Part shown: positions 46,709-60,010 of the stretch, one piece after another
Layout of the letters: every line of letters begins with the position of its first letter
Position numbering within the stretch: the first letter of the stretch is position 1
Source: Mobula birostris
Lineage: Eukaryota
Assembly: GCF_030028105.1 (NCBI RefSeq)
Contig: NC_092395.1
Coordinates: 44,172,459 to 44,236,458 of the forward strand
DNA length: 64,000 nt
Reading direction: 5' to 3'
Notes under the pieces: model-generated
Told to the model about the DNA's origin: nothing
Seen by the model: only the letters and a program-made list of their open reading frames with translations
Database searches by the model: none
Program-made: the position numbers and the translations under genes

Positions 46709-49700
46709 AGGGGGGGGGGGGGGAGGGAGGGCTTAATCCTTGAAACATGGAATGTTGGATGGATTCTGCGAAGGGTAGGGGGCAGTTTTAGACGTACCGC
46801 CAAAGGGCTGATCACCTTGGTGATGGGGAAAGGTCCAATATAGCGTGGCGCCAGCTTGCAGGAGTTCACCTTCAAGGGGATGTCACGAGAAGATAACCAC
46901 ACCTTCTGACTCTGGCGGTAACGGGGGACCTCGATGCAGTGACGGTCTGCTTGCTGCTTCCTTCTGGCTGTAGATTGAAGCAGCGCCTTTCGGGCTCATC
47001 TCCAGGTCCGTGAACACCTCTGGACAAACGTTTCAGCTGAGGGAACACCCACTTCCTCCTCCTGAGACGCGAGTAAGCGGGGTTGATAGCCAAGACAGCA
47101 CTGGAATGGTGATAAACCTGATGAAGCAGAAGGCAAAGGATTAATTGCGTACTTGACCCAGGGAAGTTGCTGACTCCAAGAGGACGATTCCTGAGAAGTC
47201 ACACAATGGAGCGTCACCTCCATCTGCAGATTAGCCCGCTCGGTCTGGCCATTACTCTGTGGATGAAACCCAGATGAGAGGTTAACTTTGATCCTGAGTA
47301 GTTTGCAAAAAGCCCTCCAAAAGTGGGAGGTAAATTGCGAACCTCTATCAGATACCACTTCAACGGGGAGACAGTGAATATGGAAAACATGCTGAATCAC
47401 CAGGTTGGCAGTCTCCTTGGCAGAGGGCAGCTTGGGAAGGGGAACTAAGTGGACCGATTTGGAAAAACGATCCACTATGGTAAGAGCGGTAGTGTTACCG
47501 TCGGACGGAGGGAGTCCGGTGACAAATTCCAGTGCAATGTGTGACCAGGGCCTTCTAGGAACAGGCAGGGGTTGCAGAAGACCAGTTGGTGGCTGGCTGG
47601 AGGTCCTGTTCTGTGCTCAGACTGGGCAGGCAGAAATGAAGCTCTCAACATCCTTCCTCAGGGATGGCTACCAAAATCTTCGACTGATGAAAGCCGTCGT
47701 GCGTCTGATGCCAGGGTGACAAGCCAGTCTGGAGGTGTGTCCCCACTGGAGAACCTGGGAGCGGACAGACTGGGGAACATACAATAGATTAGCAGGGCAG
47801 GCACTGGGAACAGACTCACCCTGCTGGGCAGACTGGACCAGAGATTCAATCTCCCACTGTGCTGTGGTGACCAGACATTGCTTGGAAAGAATGGTCGTAA
47901 CCTCAGGCGCCTTGACGGTTGTTGAGAATTGCCTGGAGAGCGCGTCAGGCTTGCCGTTCTCAGAGCCAGGACGATAGGCCAGGGTGAATCTAAAACGGGC
48001 AAAAAACAGGGACCACCAAGCCTGGCGGGAGTTGAGGCATTTGGCTGAATGGATATATTCCAGGTTCTTGTGATCCGTCCAGACTAGAAAAAGAGTAGTC
48101 GTTCCCTCAAGCAAATGCCGCCATTCCTCAAGAGCAAGTTTAACAGCCAATAACCCTCGATTGCCAATGGCATAGTTGTGTTCTGCGGGAGAAATTTTGT
48201 GGGGAAAAAAGGCGCTCGGGTGCAGCTCGTCGTCCTCTGCTGAACGCTGTGACAGTGGAGCCCCTACTCCTACATCAGAGGTGTCAGTCTCTACAACAAA
48301 CTGCCTTGTAGGATCGCGCTGAAGGAGGATAGGTGCCGTGGTGAAACGAGTCTTTAGATCTGAAAAGCCTTTCTCAGCCGCTGGATTCTAGGCGAACTTC
48401 AACTTGGAGGAGGTTAAAGCAGTCAGCGGGGCAGCCAGGATGCTGAAATTTCGAATGAATCGGCGATAGAAATTGGCAAACCCAAGAAAGCGTTGGACAT
48501 CTCGACGAGAGGCGGGTTGTGGCCACTCCTCTACAGCCTTGATCTTCTGAGGGTCCATCTGGATTCCTCCAGTGCTGATCACATATCCCAGAAACGAAGT
48601 TGAACTCCGGTGAAATTCACACTTTTCCACCTTCACAAACAATTGATTCTTCAGGAGTCGTTGGAGCACCCGACGGACGTGCTGGATGTCTTCAGAGGGA
48701 CCTAAAAAATATCAGAATGTCATCTAAGTACACAAATACAAATTGATTTAGCATGTCTCTGAGGACGTTATTCACCAGGGACTGGAACACAGCAGGACCA
48801 TTAGAAAGCCCAAAAGGCATTACCAGATATTTGTAGTGCCCAGATGGCGTATTGAACGTGGTCTTCCACCCATCCCCCTCTCTTATGCGGACCAGATGGT
48901 AAGCGTTGCGGAGGTCGAGCTTGGAGAGGATAGAAGCACCCTGGAGCAATTCAAATAAAGATGACATAAGAGGAAGGGGATAGCGGTTCTTAATGGTGAT
49001 CTCATTGAGACCTCTATAGTCTACGCAAGGACGCAGGGACCCGTCCTTCTTGGCTAAAAGAACCTTGCGCCTGCTGGGGAGGAAGAGGGATGGATAATTC
49101 CTGCAGCCAAGGCCTCCTGGATATACTCGTCCATCACTTCCCTTTCAGGTGGAGACAGGGAATACAGAGGTGGCGAGGTTCCCGGAAGGAGATCTATAGC
49201 GCAGTCGTAGGGGCGATGTGGGGGTAAGTTGGTGGTCCAAGTCTTGCTGAATACCAGCTTTAGGTCCAGATATTCAGGGGGTACAGAGGACAGATCGGGA
49301 AACTCTTCTGTAGGCAGAGGAACCGGACTTCGAGTAGCACGAGCAACACACAGACAATGATTTAGGCAGAAAGGACTCCAGCTTAACACTCTGTTGTTAG
49401 ACCAGTCAATGTGTGGGCCATGTTGAGCAAGCCATGGGTAGCCTAACACAACTTCAGCTTTGGGGGAATCTATCGCATGGAAAGCAATGCTCTCCTGGTG
49501 ATTGCCAGAAATGAGGAGACTCACCGGAGCTGTAGAGTGGGTAACCATGGCAAGTTTCACTCCGGTTACGCCGCTGGCTTCCAGGCGTTGCTTCAGACGG
49601 GAGAGTGGCATCCCGAGATTGGCCGCAAAACTGAAACTGATAAAGTTTCCCTCTGCCCCAGAGTCGATGAAAACTGAAACGGTGCGTCTCCTCCCTTCAG

Positions 49701-51262
49701 CCAGTATAAAAGCAGGCAGCAGGGTTTGAGTGACGGGGAACCGGGGGAAGGAAGTACTACTCGCCCGTAGTCCCCTCTTTACGAGCGAGCGTTGGCTTTT
49801 TACGGGATAGGTAGATACATAGTGACCAGCCTGACCACAATACAGACAGCAGTTGTTACTGACTCTCCTCCTCCTTTCCGACGGAGACAGACGGATACGA
49901 TAAATCTGCAAGAGCTCCGTTGGGCATGCTGGGAAGAGGTCAGACGCCCCCTGGTGGTTCTTCGTGACCCGCGGACATCACGCTCCTGCTGACGGTGTTT
50001 TATGCGGCTGTCAATCTTAATAGCCAAATCGACCAGCTCTTGGAAGCCAGCAGGTAGGTCGTGGGTGGCTAGTTCATCCTTAAACGCTTCGCTAAGCCCA
50101 TAGAGGAACACGTCAGATTGGACCGCCGAATTCCAGTTGGTAGTGGCGGCTAGTGTGCGGAACTGAATGGCGTAGTTCGAAACAGAACTGTTACCCTGAC
50201 GAACTCGCAACATCTCCCTTGCTGCCTCTTGCCCCTGCTGGGAACGGTCAAAGACTCTTCTCATCTCCTCACAAAAGTCCTTAAATGTGTGGCAAAACGG
50301 GGCTCTGCTGTCCCACACAGCCGCACCCCACTCTTGCTCTTCCCGACAGCAGCGTGATAACATAAGCAATACGGGATCGATCAGAGGAAAAAGTAGTGGG
50401 CTGCAGCTCAAAAATCAGCGAGCACTGAGACAGGAAGGATCTGCAGATGCCTGGTTCATGATTGCAAGGTTCAGGTGGAAGTAAACGGGGCTCTCGGGCT
50501 GGTTGGGTTGGAGTCTGTGGGGCTGATGGCGCAGCAAGAGAAGGCGGGTTAGAGCTCAGGGCCAGCTGAACCTGCTGTAGCTGGGAGACCATTCTCTCAG
50601 AGTGGCGGAGAAGGCTTCCATCGACTGGTTGATAGAGGCGGTCTCCCTAACAACACGCCCTGTCGGGAGAAGACGTCACGTACCTGGTTGGGGTCTGTTG
50701 AGTCCATCTGGGCCAGTTCGTTCTGTTGGGTTTCGGTGGGGACTTAAGTGCAGACCGATGAACACTTTTTCAGCAGGATTATTAGGGAGCACAAAGGTAA
50801 CGGTCTTTCAGAAACAGAAGGCAGGCACGAATCCGAAATGGCAGGCAGAGGTCTTAGCAGGAAAGGCAGTCAGGCGAGGGCAGATAATCCAGAGCGCACA
50901 GGCAAAAATCAGGTCCAAGAACGGGCAAAATCCAAAACACAGAATCAGGGAAAATCTGTTGGCAGAAGTCGCAATGACAGCCTGGAACGACAGGTCAGGA
51001 CTAGGACGAACGGGCCGAGAATGCTAGTCAAGGCGGGGTTTAAATGGACGGGGTAATGAATGAAAATTAGACACAGGTGGGTGCAAATGAGGAGACAAGC
51101 TGGTAATTGGAGGAAGTCCAAAAAGGAAGGGGGCTGGGCCAGAACCCACATAAACCCACAGAAATTAAAGACTGTCGTGATCCAGAGCTACCAGCAGAGG
51201 CCCTTCGACCCAGTGTGCAGGCCGGATCCAACAAGGTCAATTGGGACAACTAAGATTTGACA
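46709..51262 (-). mobile_element. Ty3/Gypsy (sushi/Tf2-like) element: 5' LTR (about 50724-51262), gag, PR, RT, RH, IN; 3' end and 3' LTR missing
   Basis: The gag start MDSTD is at 50707. PR has FIDSGAEGNF, and RT has [11 protein letters not shown] and YLDD (48730-48719). RH has LEEWRHLLEG..VWTDHKNLEY, IN has [16 protein letters not shown] and [14 protein letters not shown], and the C-terminal region has [10 protein letters not shown]. The right LTR edge is approximate. Confidence 0.9.
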
Positions 51263-51514
51263 AAGTAATGAATACTCAACAAAAAGTGAGTAATTATGGT
51301 TGTGTGTATTTACAGGAGAAGCTAGGTTTGTTCTCCTCAGAATAGAGGAGGTTGCAAGGAGATCTGATAGTATTTTTTCATTACCAAGGGAGTAGAAAGG
51401 GAGAGAGATTGGACATGATCCAAGAATCAGGAGACCTGATATGAAAGGAAATGGCAAAAGTCACATAAGAAAAATTTCCATAATCAATCAGTAATGTTAA
51501 ATTGGAATGCACTG

Positions 51515-54500
51515 TGTTACATGCTCAAGGAGGCCTGTTTTTTTTAGTGAGAATGATGTAATGGTCTTTTGAAGGTCACCTGATGTGATTTTCCCGCCGA
51601 TGTGAGGTCACGTGATGACATGTGCCCCCGTGACTATATAAGGGTTGACTCAGGTGACGCAGTAGGGTTTTTATGTTTGTAGATTTCCAGCTAGAACGTG
51701 CTGTGCCTCCGTTTCTGTTGCGCCTGTTTTTGTGACGCAGTTTCATTTTTAAAACAGTTGTGCGTTCTGTTGAAAGATTCCATATTATTTGGACTGGAAA
51801 TTTGTGGCTGGATGTGCCAATTTACTCAATTCCAACAGTTGAAAGGAGAGTGAAGAATTTATCGAAGGATCGAGAGAAGTCGGCATTGTTTATGTAACAT
51901 AATTTGTGGGGGCTCAGCCAGGAAATGTTCCGATTTTGAGTTTAAGTGCTGGTAATTGCCATTTTGATTTGGAAAAGGGAAATGCTCGATTTTTTTTTTG
52001 GTTTGATTGGTGTCTGTGTTGGATTCAGCAACAATAGATATTGAAAGGTTTTTAAAGACGCCTGACTCTGGATTTTTAGAAAATGCGAGAAAACCTGTGG
52101 TATTGGAGATTGCTAGAAAGTTGGATAATAAAGGAATTACGAGAAATTCCACCAAGGCTTTCATACGAAAGAAAATTGCTGAACATTATATTAATTTGGA
52201 ATATTTTGATGAGGAGGTGTTAGAGAAGTTTCCAATGAGTAATCTGGAAGTGCAGTTGCATCTTGAACAGTTAAAGTTTGAAAGATTTAAACTGCAAATG
52301 AGAGAAAGAGAAGCTGAAAACCAGAAGAAATTTGAGCGAGAGATGGAGAAAATTGGGTCTGGGAATCAGTCTTCCGGTTCTACGAAATAATTTATTGCTA
52401 GTCGTGAGGTTATTTTGGCTCCTCCATTTAATGAAGCTGATGTGGACACATATTTCCAACATTTCGAATCAGTTGCTCTGAGTTTAAAGTGGCCAAAGGA
52501 CCAATGGCCAGTGATGTTACAAAGTATAATTAAAGGCATGCCAGAACAAGGTTATACAGCTTTAGATGTGAAGCAAGCACTGGATTATGATATTGTTAAA
52601 CAACAAATATTAAAGGCATATGAGATGGTTCCGGAAGCGTATAGAAAAAGATTTAGAAGTTTGAAGAAATCGGTGGAAAAAACTTATGTGGAATTTGCAG
52701 ATGAGAAATCTGTGTGTTCTGAGAGATGGGTTTCCTCTAAAAATGTGAATGGGGTGTATAATAAATTAAAACAGCTGATTTTGCAGGAGGAATTTAAAAG
52801 AAGCATTCCTGTTGAAGTGAGAACATACTTAAATGTATGGGACACTGCTACATTGCAGGAGATTGCTAAGTTGGCTGATGAGCATGTTTTAATTCACAAG
52901 AATAGATTTTCTCCAGGTAAATTTTTTTAAAAGGAAAACTAGCCTGGAGAGTCAAGGTAAACCAGACATTGAATCTGAAGTTAGTGAGAAAAGTAAGGAT
53001 GAAGGGAGACATGTGAAGGAAAGACATTTTGGTATTACTTGTAATTATTGTAAGAAACCTGGACATGTAGTGGCTAATTGCTCCCGATTCAAAGGGAAAG
53101 AGATGTCCCAGATGCTTGTGTGTAGCATATTGGAAAACCCGTAAAACCACAGGGTTTAGAAAATATTAATGAAGATGTGTCAGAGTCTGACCAAGTTAAG
53201 GGATATGAAGCTTTTGTAACAGAAGGATTTGTAACCTTGAAAGAAGGATCCAATGCAGTACCGATAAGGATACTTAGAGATACTGGAACTTTGCAACCAC
53301 TAATATTAGACAGTGTGTTAAGGTTTAGTGATGAGTCTGACATTGGTGAGGTAAATTATATAAGAGGAGTAGGGAGTGCCCTTGTGCCAGTACATTTACA
53401 TAGAGTAAATCTAAGGTCAGGATTAGTAACAGGGGTTGTTAAAGTAGGACTACAATCCAATTTACCTGTGAATGATGTTTCTCTTTTGTTAGGGAATGAT
53501 TTAGCAGGTGGACAAGTTTTTCCTGAAGTGCATTTGACAATCAATTCAAATTCTGAGGAATCACAGAGGGATACTAACACAGATTCTTCCTGTGTTGTAA
53601 CAAGAGCTATGGCTAAAAAGACTGATGTAAAGGATGAGGTTGTTACCCATGACAGTTCAAATCAAGATTCGAATTTTGAGGATGTGTCAGAAACTTTCTT
53701 ACCTACCTTATTTGATCAGGATTCTGGTGGCAAGTCTGATCAGAAAGATTTGTCTTTATCTCGGAAGGAGATGATAGCAGGGCAGGGATCCTGAGATAGT
53801 TAAATTAAAAGAACAAGCTCTTCCAGATAGTGAAATTGGAAAAGTACCTGTTGGATATTATTTTGAGAAGGGGGTATTAATGAGAAAGTGGAGATCGCCT
53901 ACCATTCCTGCTAGTGAGGAATGGGAAGTTAATCATCAGGTTGTTGTTCCTAAAATTTACCGAAATGAGATTTTGACTATGGCTCATAGTATTCCTTTGG
54001 GTGGTCATTTAGGGGTAAAGAAAACTATTAACAAAGTTTCTAAACATTTTTATTGGCCTAGTTTAAGACAAGACGTGGCGACATTTTGCAAAACGTGTCA
54101 TACATGTCAAATTGTTGGTAAACCTAATCAGGTTACTCCAGTGGCCCCACTGCAACCAATTCCAGTATTCGGTGAGCTGTTCTCAAAAATCATTGTAAAC
54201 TGTGTGGTCCGTTGCCAAAAACTAAAACTGGACATCAATATTTATTAACTATTATGTGCACAGCGTCTAGGTTTTCAGAAGCAGTACCTCTTAGGAATAT
54301 AACAGACAAAACTGTGACAAAGGCTCTTTTAAAATTCTTCACTGATTTTGAGTTGCCTAAGGAAGTATAATCAGATCAAGGTAGTGATTTTATATCTGGG
54401 TTGTTTCAGCAGATAGTTTATAAACTAGGAGCAAAGCAGATTATTTCCTCAGCCTATCATCCAGAATCACAAGGAGCCTTGGAGAGATTTCATTCTACAC

Positions 54501-57500
54501 TAAAAACAATGATTAGGACATATTGTGTGGAAATTGAAAAGGACTGGGATGAAGGTATACATGCACTACTTTTTGCGGTCAGGGAGGCAGTACAGGAATC
54601 ATTAGGTTTTAGTCCTTTTGAACTTGTGTTTGGACATAGAGTCGAGGACCTTTGGCCTTTTTGAAGGAACAGTGGATTAATAAAGAAATACAGACTAATT
54701 TGCAAGAGTCTGTTTTGAAATTTGAAGGCAGATTGTACAAAGCTTGTAGTTTGGCCAAGGAAAATTTAAAGTTAGCTCAAGAGAAGATGAAGACGTGGTA
54801 TGATAAGGAAGCTAGGATGAGGTTATTTAAGCCTAGAGATAAAGTGTTGGTTCTCTTCCCAGTGCAAACAAACCCATTAAAAGCCAAATTCCATGGTCCT
54901 TATGAGATTAAATCCAAGGTAAATGAGATGGATTATGTGGTAAAAACCCCAGATCGGAGGAAGACAACATAGCTGTATCATATAAATATGAAGAAACCGT
55001 ATTATGAGAGGGAAGTTGCTGCTATGACTTTTGTGATCAATAATGAGTCTGATCTTGATGAAAACTTACTGGAGGATTCATCCGAAACTCATATTAAACC
55101 CAACATTATTTCAGCCAGGTTACCAAATTCGAAAATTCTGGAAAATATTGATGGAAAATTAACTTATTTACAATCAGAGCAGAGAAAGCAGGTGAAACAG
55201 TTAATTTTTAAGTCTAGAGATTTATTTCCAGACGTCCCTGGAAGAACCACTATAGCTACACATGATGTAGATGTAGGAGATGCAAAACCCATAAAATAAC
55301 ATCCGTATCGAATGAACAGGGAAAAATGTGAACTTGCTGAAGAGGAAATTAAGTATATGTTAGAGAATGATATTATTAGACATTCTAATTGGAATTGGGC
55401 TTCACCATGTGTTATGGTGCCTAAGCCAGACAATAGTATTAGGTTTTGTACGAATTACAGAAAGGTGAATGCTGTGACAAAGGCCAATGCATATCCAATC
55501 CCTAGGGTAGGTGATTGTGTGGATAAAGTTGGACAGGCCAAATTCCTTACAAAAATTGATTTGTTAAAAGGTTATTGGTGCGTTCTATTGACGGATAGAG
55601 GTAGAGAGATTTCAGCATTTGTATCCCCATCAGGGTTATATTAATATAATGTTCTTCCATTTGGGATGAAGAATGCACCAGGTACTTTTCAGAGGATGAT
55701 TAATGGCGTGATTCAGGGATTAAAAGATACAGATGCCTATATTGATGATTTGGTTACAGGGAACAATACATGGAAAGCACATGTTATGGCGGTGGAGAAA
55801 TTATTTGAGAGACTTTCAAAAGCTAACTTAACTATTAGCTAAAATTGAATTTGGTCATGCCACAGTGACTTAGCTTGGTTATGTTGTGGGTCAGGGAAAA
55901 TTAGCACCTGTTCAAGCAAAAGTTCAGGCAATTTTAGAAGTACCCACTCCAACTGGTAGAAAAACTGTCAGAAGATTCTTGGGTATGGTAGGATATTACA
56001 GAAAATTTTGTGAGGATTTTGCAAACATTGCTCTTCCATTAACTAATCTCTTGAAGAAAAATGAGAAGTTTGTTTGGACAAAGTCTTGTCAGGAGGCATT
56101 TGATAAATTGAAAGCTATAATATGTAGTCAACCTGTACTTAAATCTCCTGACTTTGAAAAGCCATTTTTGTTAGCTGTAGATGCTAGTGATGAAGCTGCA
56201 GGAGCAGTGTTACTTCAAAAAGATGATGGTGATGAAGTTGATCGTCCGGTAGCTTATTTTTCTAAGAAATTTAATACCCATCAAAGAAATTATTCAACAA
56301 TAGAAAAAGAATTGTTATCTCTTGTTTTAGCTTTGCAACATTTTGAAGTATATGTTGGTTCTACGTATAAACCACTCACAGTTTATACCAATCACAATCC
56401 ATTAGTGTTTTTGAGGAAGATGAAAAACAAAAATAGAAGATTATTAAATTGGAGTTTACTGTTACAGGATTAGATTATTTTGATCACTCATTAAGGGTAA
56501 AGGTAATGTGATTGCTGATTGTTTGTCTAGATGTTAAATGTATAATGAAAATTTGCTTTTTTTGGGGGTGATATTTTAACATTTGCAACACTCTTACTGT
56601 ACATTAGTTTGTAAAGGGCTGAAAGATAAGATTGTATGTATTGTGTATTTTGTAAATTTTATACCTTTGTATTTTTTTTGTATAAATTGTTAAAATTTTG
56701 TTCTTCAAGAGACCAATTTTTTTTTGGAGGGACGTGTTACATGTTCAATGAGATCTGTTTTTTTTAGTGAGAATGATGTAATGGTCTTTTGAAGGTCACC
56801 TGATGTGATTTTCCCGCCGATGTGAGGTCACGTGATGACATGTGCCCCCCCCCCCCCGTGACTATATAAGGATCGACTCAGGTGACGCAGTAGGGTTTTT
56901 ATGTTTGTGGACTTCCAGCTGGAACGTGCTGTGCCTCCGTTTCTGTTGCGTTTGTTTTTGTGACGCAGTTTCATTTTAAAAACGGTTGTGCGTTCTGTTG
57001 AAAGATTCCATATTATTTGGACTGGAAATTTGTGGCTGGATGTGCCAAATTACTCAATTCCAACAGTTGAAAGGAGAGTGAAGAATTTATCGAAGGATCG
57101 AGAGAAGTCGGCATCATTTGGCAGTTTAATAACGAATTGACCTTATTGAGTCTTCGTTGAAGGAGTACCTGCATCGAGATAACTCTTGCCAGAAAGAGCA
57201 AGGAGTTCATGCAAAAAGGTGCTCTCTCTCTCTCTGAAGGAATTTAAGGTCAGTTGATTTAAACTGTTTATTTTCGGCATCGTGAATCCTGTGGACAGAA
57301 CCAGCAGTAAAGGTGCGTCTGTGAAGACACCCTTCTCCAGAGAAGTCTCCCCCAATTGAATGTGTAAAACTGTTGGACTTTCGAAGTTATCGCTTTAGGA
57401 CTATATCTGACTGTATCGCTTTAAGAACTGTTTTCGCATGTGACGCTTTAAGAACCAGAGCCGAGTGGCGAGTTGGTGAACGGCTGCATATCTGTTAACT

Positions 57501-57619
57501 TCCGGTTAAAGTTTTCGTCTGTTCCCTCCCCCCTTATCGTTTATGCGTGTTTAATAAATGTTTGGTTGTTTTTATATAACCCGTCTCGATTGATATTCAT
57601 TGTTGCTGTTTACGTAACA
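51515..57619 (+). mobile_element. Gmr1-type Gypsy LTR retrotransposon (gag-PR-IN-RT-RH), full extent, degenerate ORFs
   Basis: The TSD actg is at 51511-51514 and 57620-57623. LTRs are 51515-51899 and 56735-57619. A tRNA-Pro-like PBS TGGGGGCTC is at 51907 and a PPT-like ggagggacg precedes 56735. Motifs are CCHC (53040-53081), PR DTG (53279-53287), HHCC/integrase (about 53980-54970), RT YIDD (55738-55749) and RNase H AVDAS (ORF 55886-56473). Confidence 0.93.
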
Positions 57620-58834
57620 ACTGCCAGGGATACAAGCACAGGAAGATTCAAGAGCAGGGTAAGTATCTGAATCTGCAAGATTCTGGGGAAAGGCTAAGGG
57701 AACGGGACTTGCGCTTTTCTTACACTTGGCTGGTATGACGTCAATAAGCTGAATATCCTCCTTCACCGAGATAAACATTCACAGAATGTGACATTGTGCT
57801 AGTTAGCTTCTCAAGTTGATCTACGATTCTGAGATGGTGACTTCCAGTAAGAACAATTAATAAGATTGATCATTGTCTCTTATTTCCCAGTGCCCCAATT
57901 GTTTCTGTTCTGTCCGCTCACTGAGATTAGATGTCAGCTCCCAGCTCCAATAAGCAAATCCGCCAGATTCAGTACCATTTCCTTGTGGCTGTCAAGTTTT
58001 GGTAATATCTTTTTTAAACCTGAAGATATTGTTTAGAAGGTAAATCTCATTTTTGGCAAACATTCACCAATGAAACAGCCTGATACATTCCCATTAGGTC
58101 AGAATCCTCATTGTAAAATATTTTAAATGGATACTTCAGACAAACCGTCAGTGAACCCTTTAGTTTTTGTCCAGACACTATTACTGCATGTGGCTGTTCG
58201 CGTGTTTGAACTGTGAATAATCCTAATTCACTGGAGAGAGACTGGCATTATAAATAGTGGTGATATACTAATGCCATCTGACTATCATATTCCAATTTGC
58301 TATCATATACTGGACAGGATAATAATAAGGTCTTTATATTTGTCCTATTAATCAAATTTATTTTGAGCATATATTCTATTTCAAAGTAGAACTTTAATAC
58401 TCAACTGCATTCATTTCAAAGTAGAAAGGTGATTGGTTGAGTGAATGTTGCAGTGATTTGGTCCAGTACCAATCAGTTAAACAGTGTTAAAAGTCAGCTT
58501 ACCGAGGTGGACTAAAGTACCAATGGAGTAGGACCATAACCTAATCAAGTGAGAGGGAACGTTTTTGAGCTCTGTTAATCTGGGAGGAGCAAAACATTTA
58601 ATGATCCAATTTTGTAATTTAAAAATGCCTCACCATTTTAAAAAGAATTTTGGTGCCCTTCAAATCAGCTGATGCCTTGCTGTGAAACTAACAGTAGCCC
58701 CAGTGGGAAACGAGCTGATATTTTAAGGAGAAGGACTGACAGAACTGAGAGGAGATGTTAACATCTGCCCTTTACAGAACATTATCCAAATATCACAGTT
58801 TCTGTTTTACCTGATGCTACTTTAACTATCTACT

Positions 58835-60010
58835 TGTCATGGTCTGGTCCGTGAAGTGCAGATTCCGGTTCACTGTCTGGTCCATAGTTCCTTATTCCAG
58901 GTTTTCTGGTTTCCCCTTTTTCTATTTGGTGCTCTAATTGAGGCAGCTGATTCACATCTTGGGTTGGCTACATAATTAACTCCTTGGTTCAGCTTTAGTT
59001 GCTGGATTGTTCCTGTCCAAACCCCCTGTCTGAATCCCTTTTCTGCCCCTTCCTCCTGAAGCCCTGCCTTGCCCTGCACCCTTGCCTGCAACCTTCGCCT
59101 GCACTGCTGTCAAGTTCAACTGCTGGAGCAAGATAAAGAACTGTCCATCGTTGTTTTGAACTGTCTCTGTGTCCATGCCTTTGCTGGGTAGGTCCGGCTG
59201 TTTGCCACTACCTAGTGTTGGGATCTGTCTCTGTGTCCATGCCTTTGCTAGGTAGGTCTGGCCATTTGCCACTACGTCCTGCTCCCTAGGAGGGGTCCTG
59301 ACTCTTTGTATAGCCCCGGTCCCAAGTCCTGTTCCCAAGGAGGGGTCCCGGCTCTGTGTTCCATGTCTCTGCGTTCCTGTCCTCCCTTGACCAAGTCAAG
59401 GCTTCGTGTTCTCGCCCTGTCGCTGTGCTTCGCCCAGCTCAGGAGTACTTCGTCTAGTCCTAGCCACTTCGAAGAACCTCGTCCTGTCTAAGTCAAGGCT
59501 TAGTGCTCTCGTCCTGTCCATGTGCTTCGTCCTGTGCAGAAGTTCCATGTCCCGTTCTGTAGCCACGTCCTGTTCTGCAGCCATGTCTTATCCTCGCCTA
59601 GTTCCGGAGTCCGAGTCCGAGTCAAGACCCAAGTTCTGTGTCCTTGTCCAGTCTCTGGCTCAGAGTCCAAAACCAGGCCTCGTCGCGTCCCCGCCTCGAG
59701 GAACCCAGGCCATGTCCAGTCCTGTAGCCACGTCATGTCCTCACCTAGTTTCGGGGTCCGAGCTCAAGTCAAGACCCAGGCTCTGGGTCCTTGTCCAGTC
59801 TCCAGCTCGCAGTCCAAGCCCAGGCTCCTAGTTCTCAGTTTCTAGACCTGGTCCTACTTGCCCAACCAAAGTCCTAGCCCAAGTCTGTGTTCTTGTCCCA
59901 GCTCCTAGTCTGCATCCAGTCACATCTCTAACTCTAGTCCTGTCCTGTTTCTAGTACTTCGGTGTCTGTGTCTTGCATTTGGGTCCACCACCAATGCCCA
60001 CCTTATGACA
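58835..60010 (+). mobile_element. Solo LTR (about 1.18 kb) with internal tandem repeats
   Basis: Ends are TGTCATG...TATGACA, and the flanks ctact/ctaat form a 5-bp TSD with 1 mismatch. Duplicated internal units are at about 59160-59275 and about 59550-59830. Confidence 0.75.

Noticed and set aside
59150-59950. Regularly spaced repeats resembling a CRISPR array
   Set aside because: The units are degenerate tandem duplications without unique spacers, inside a eukaryotic LTR, with no cas genes.
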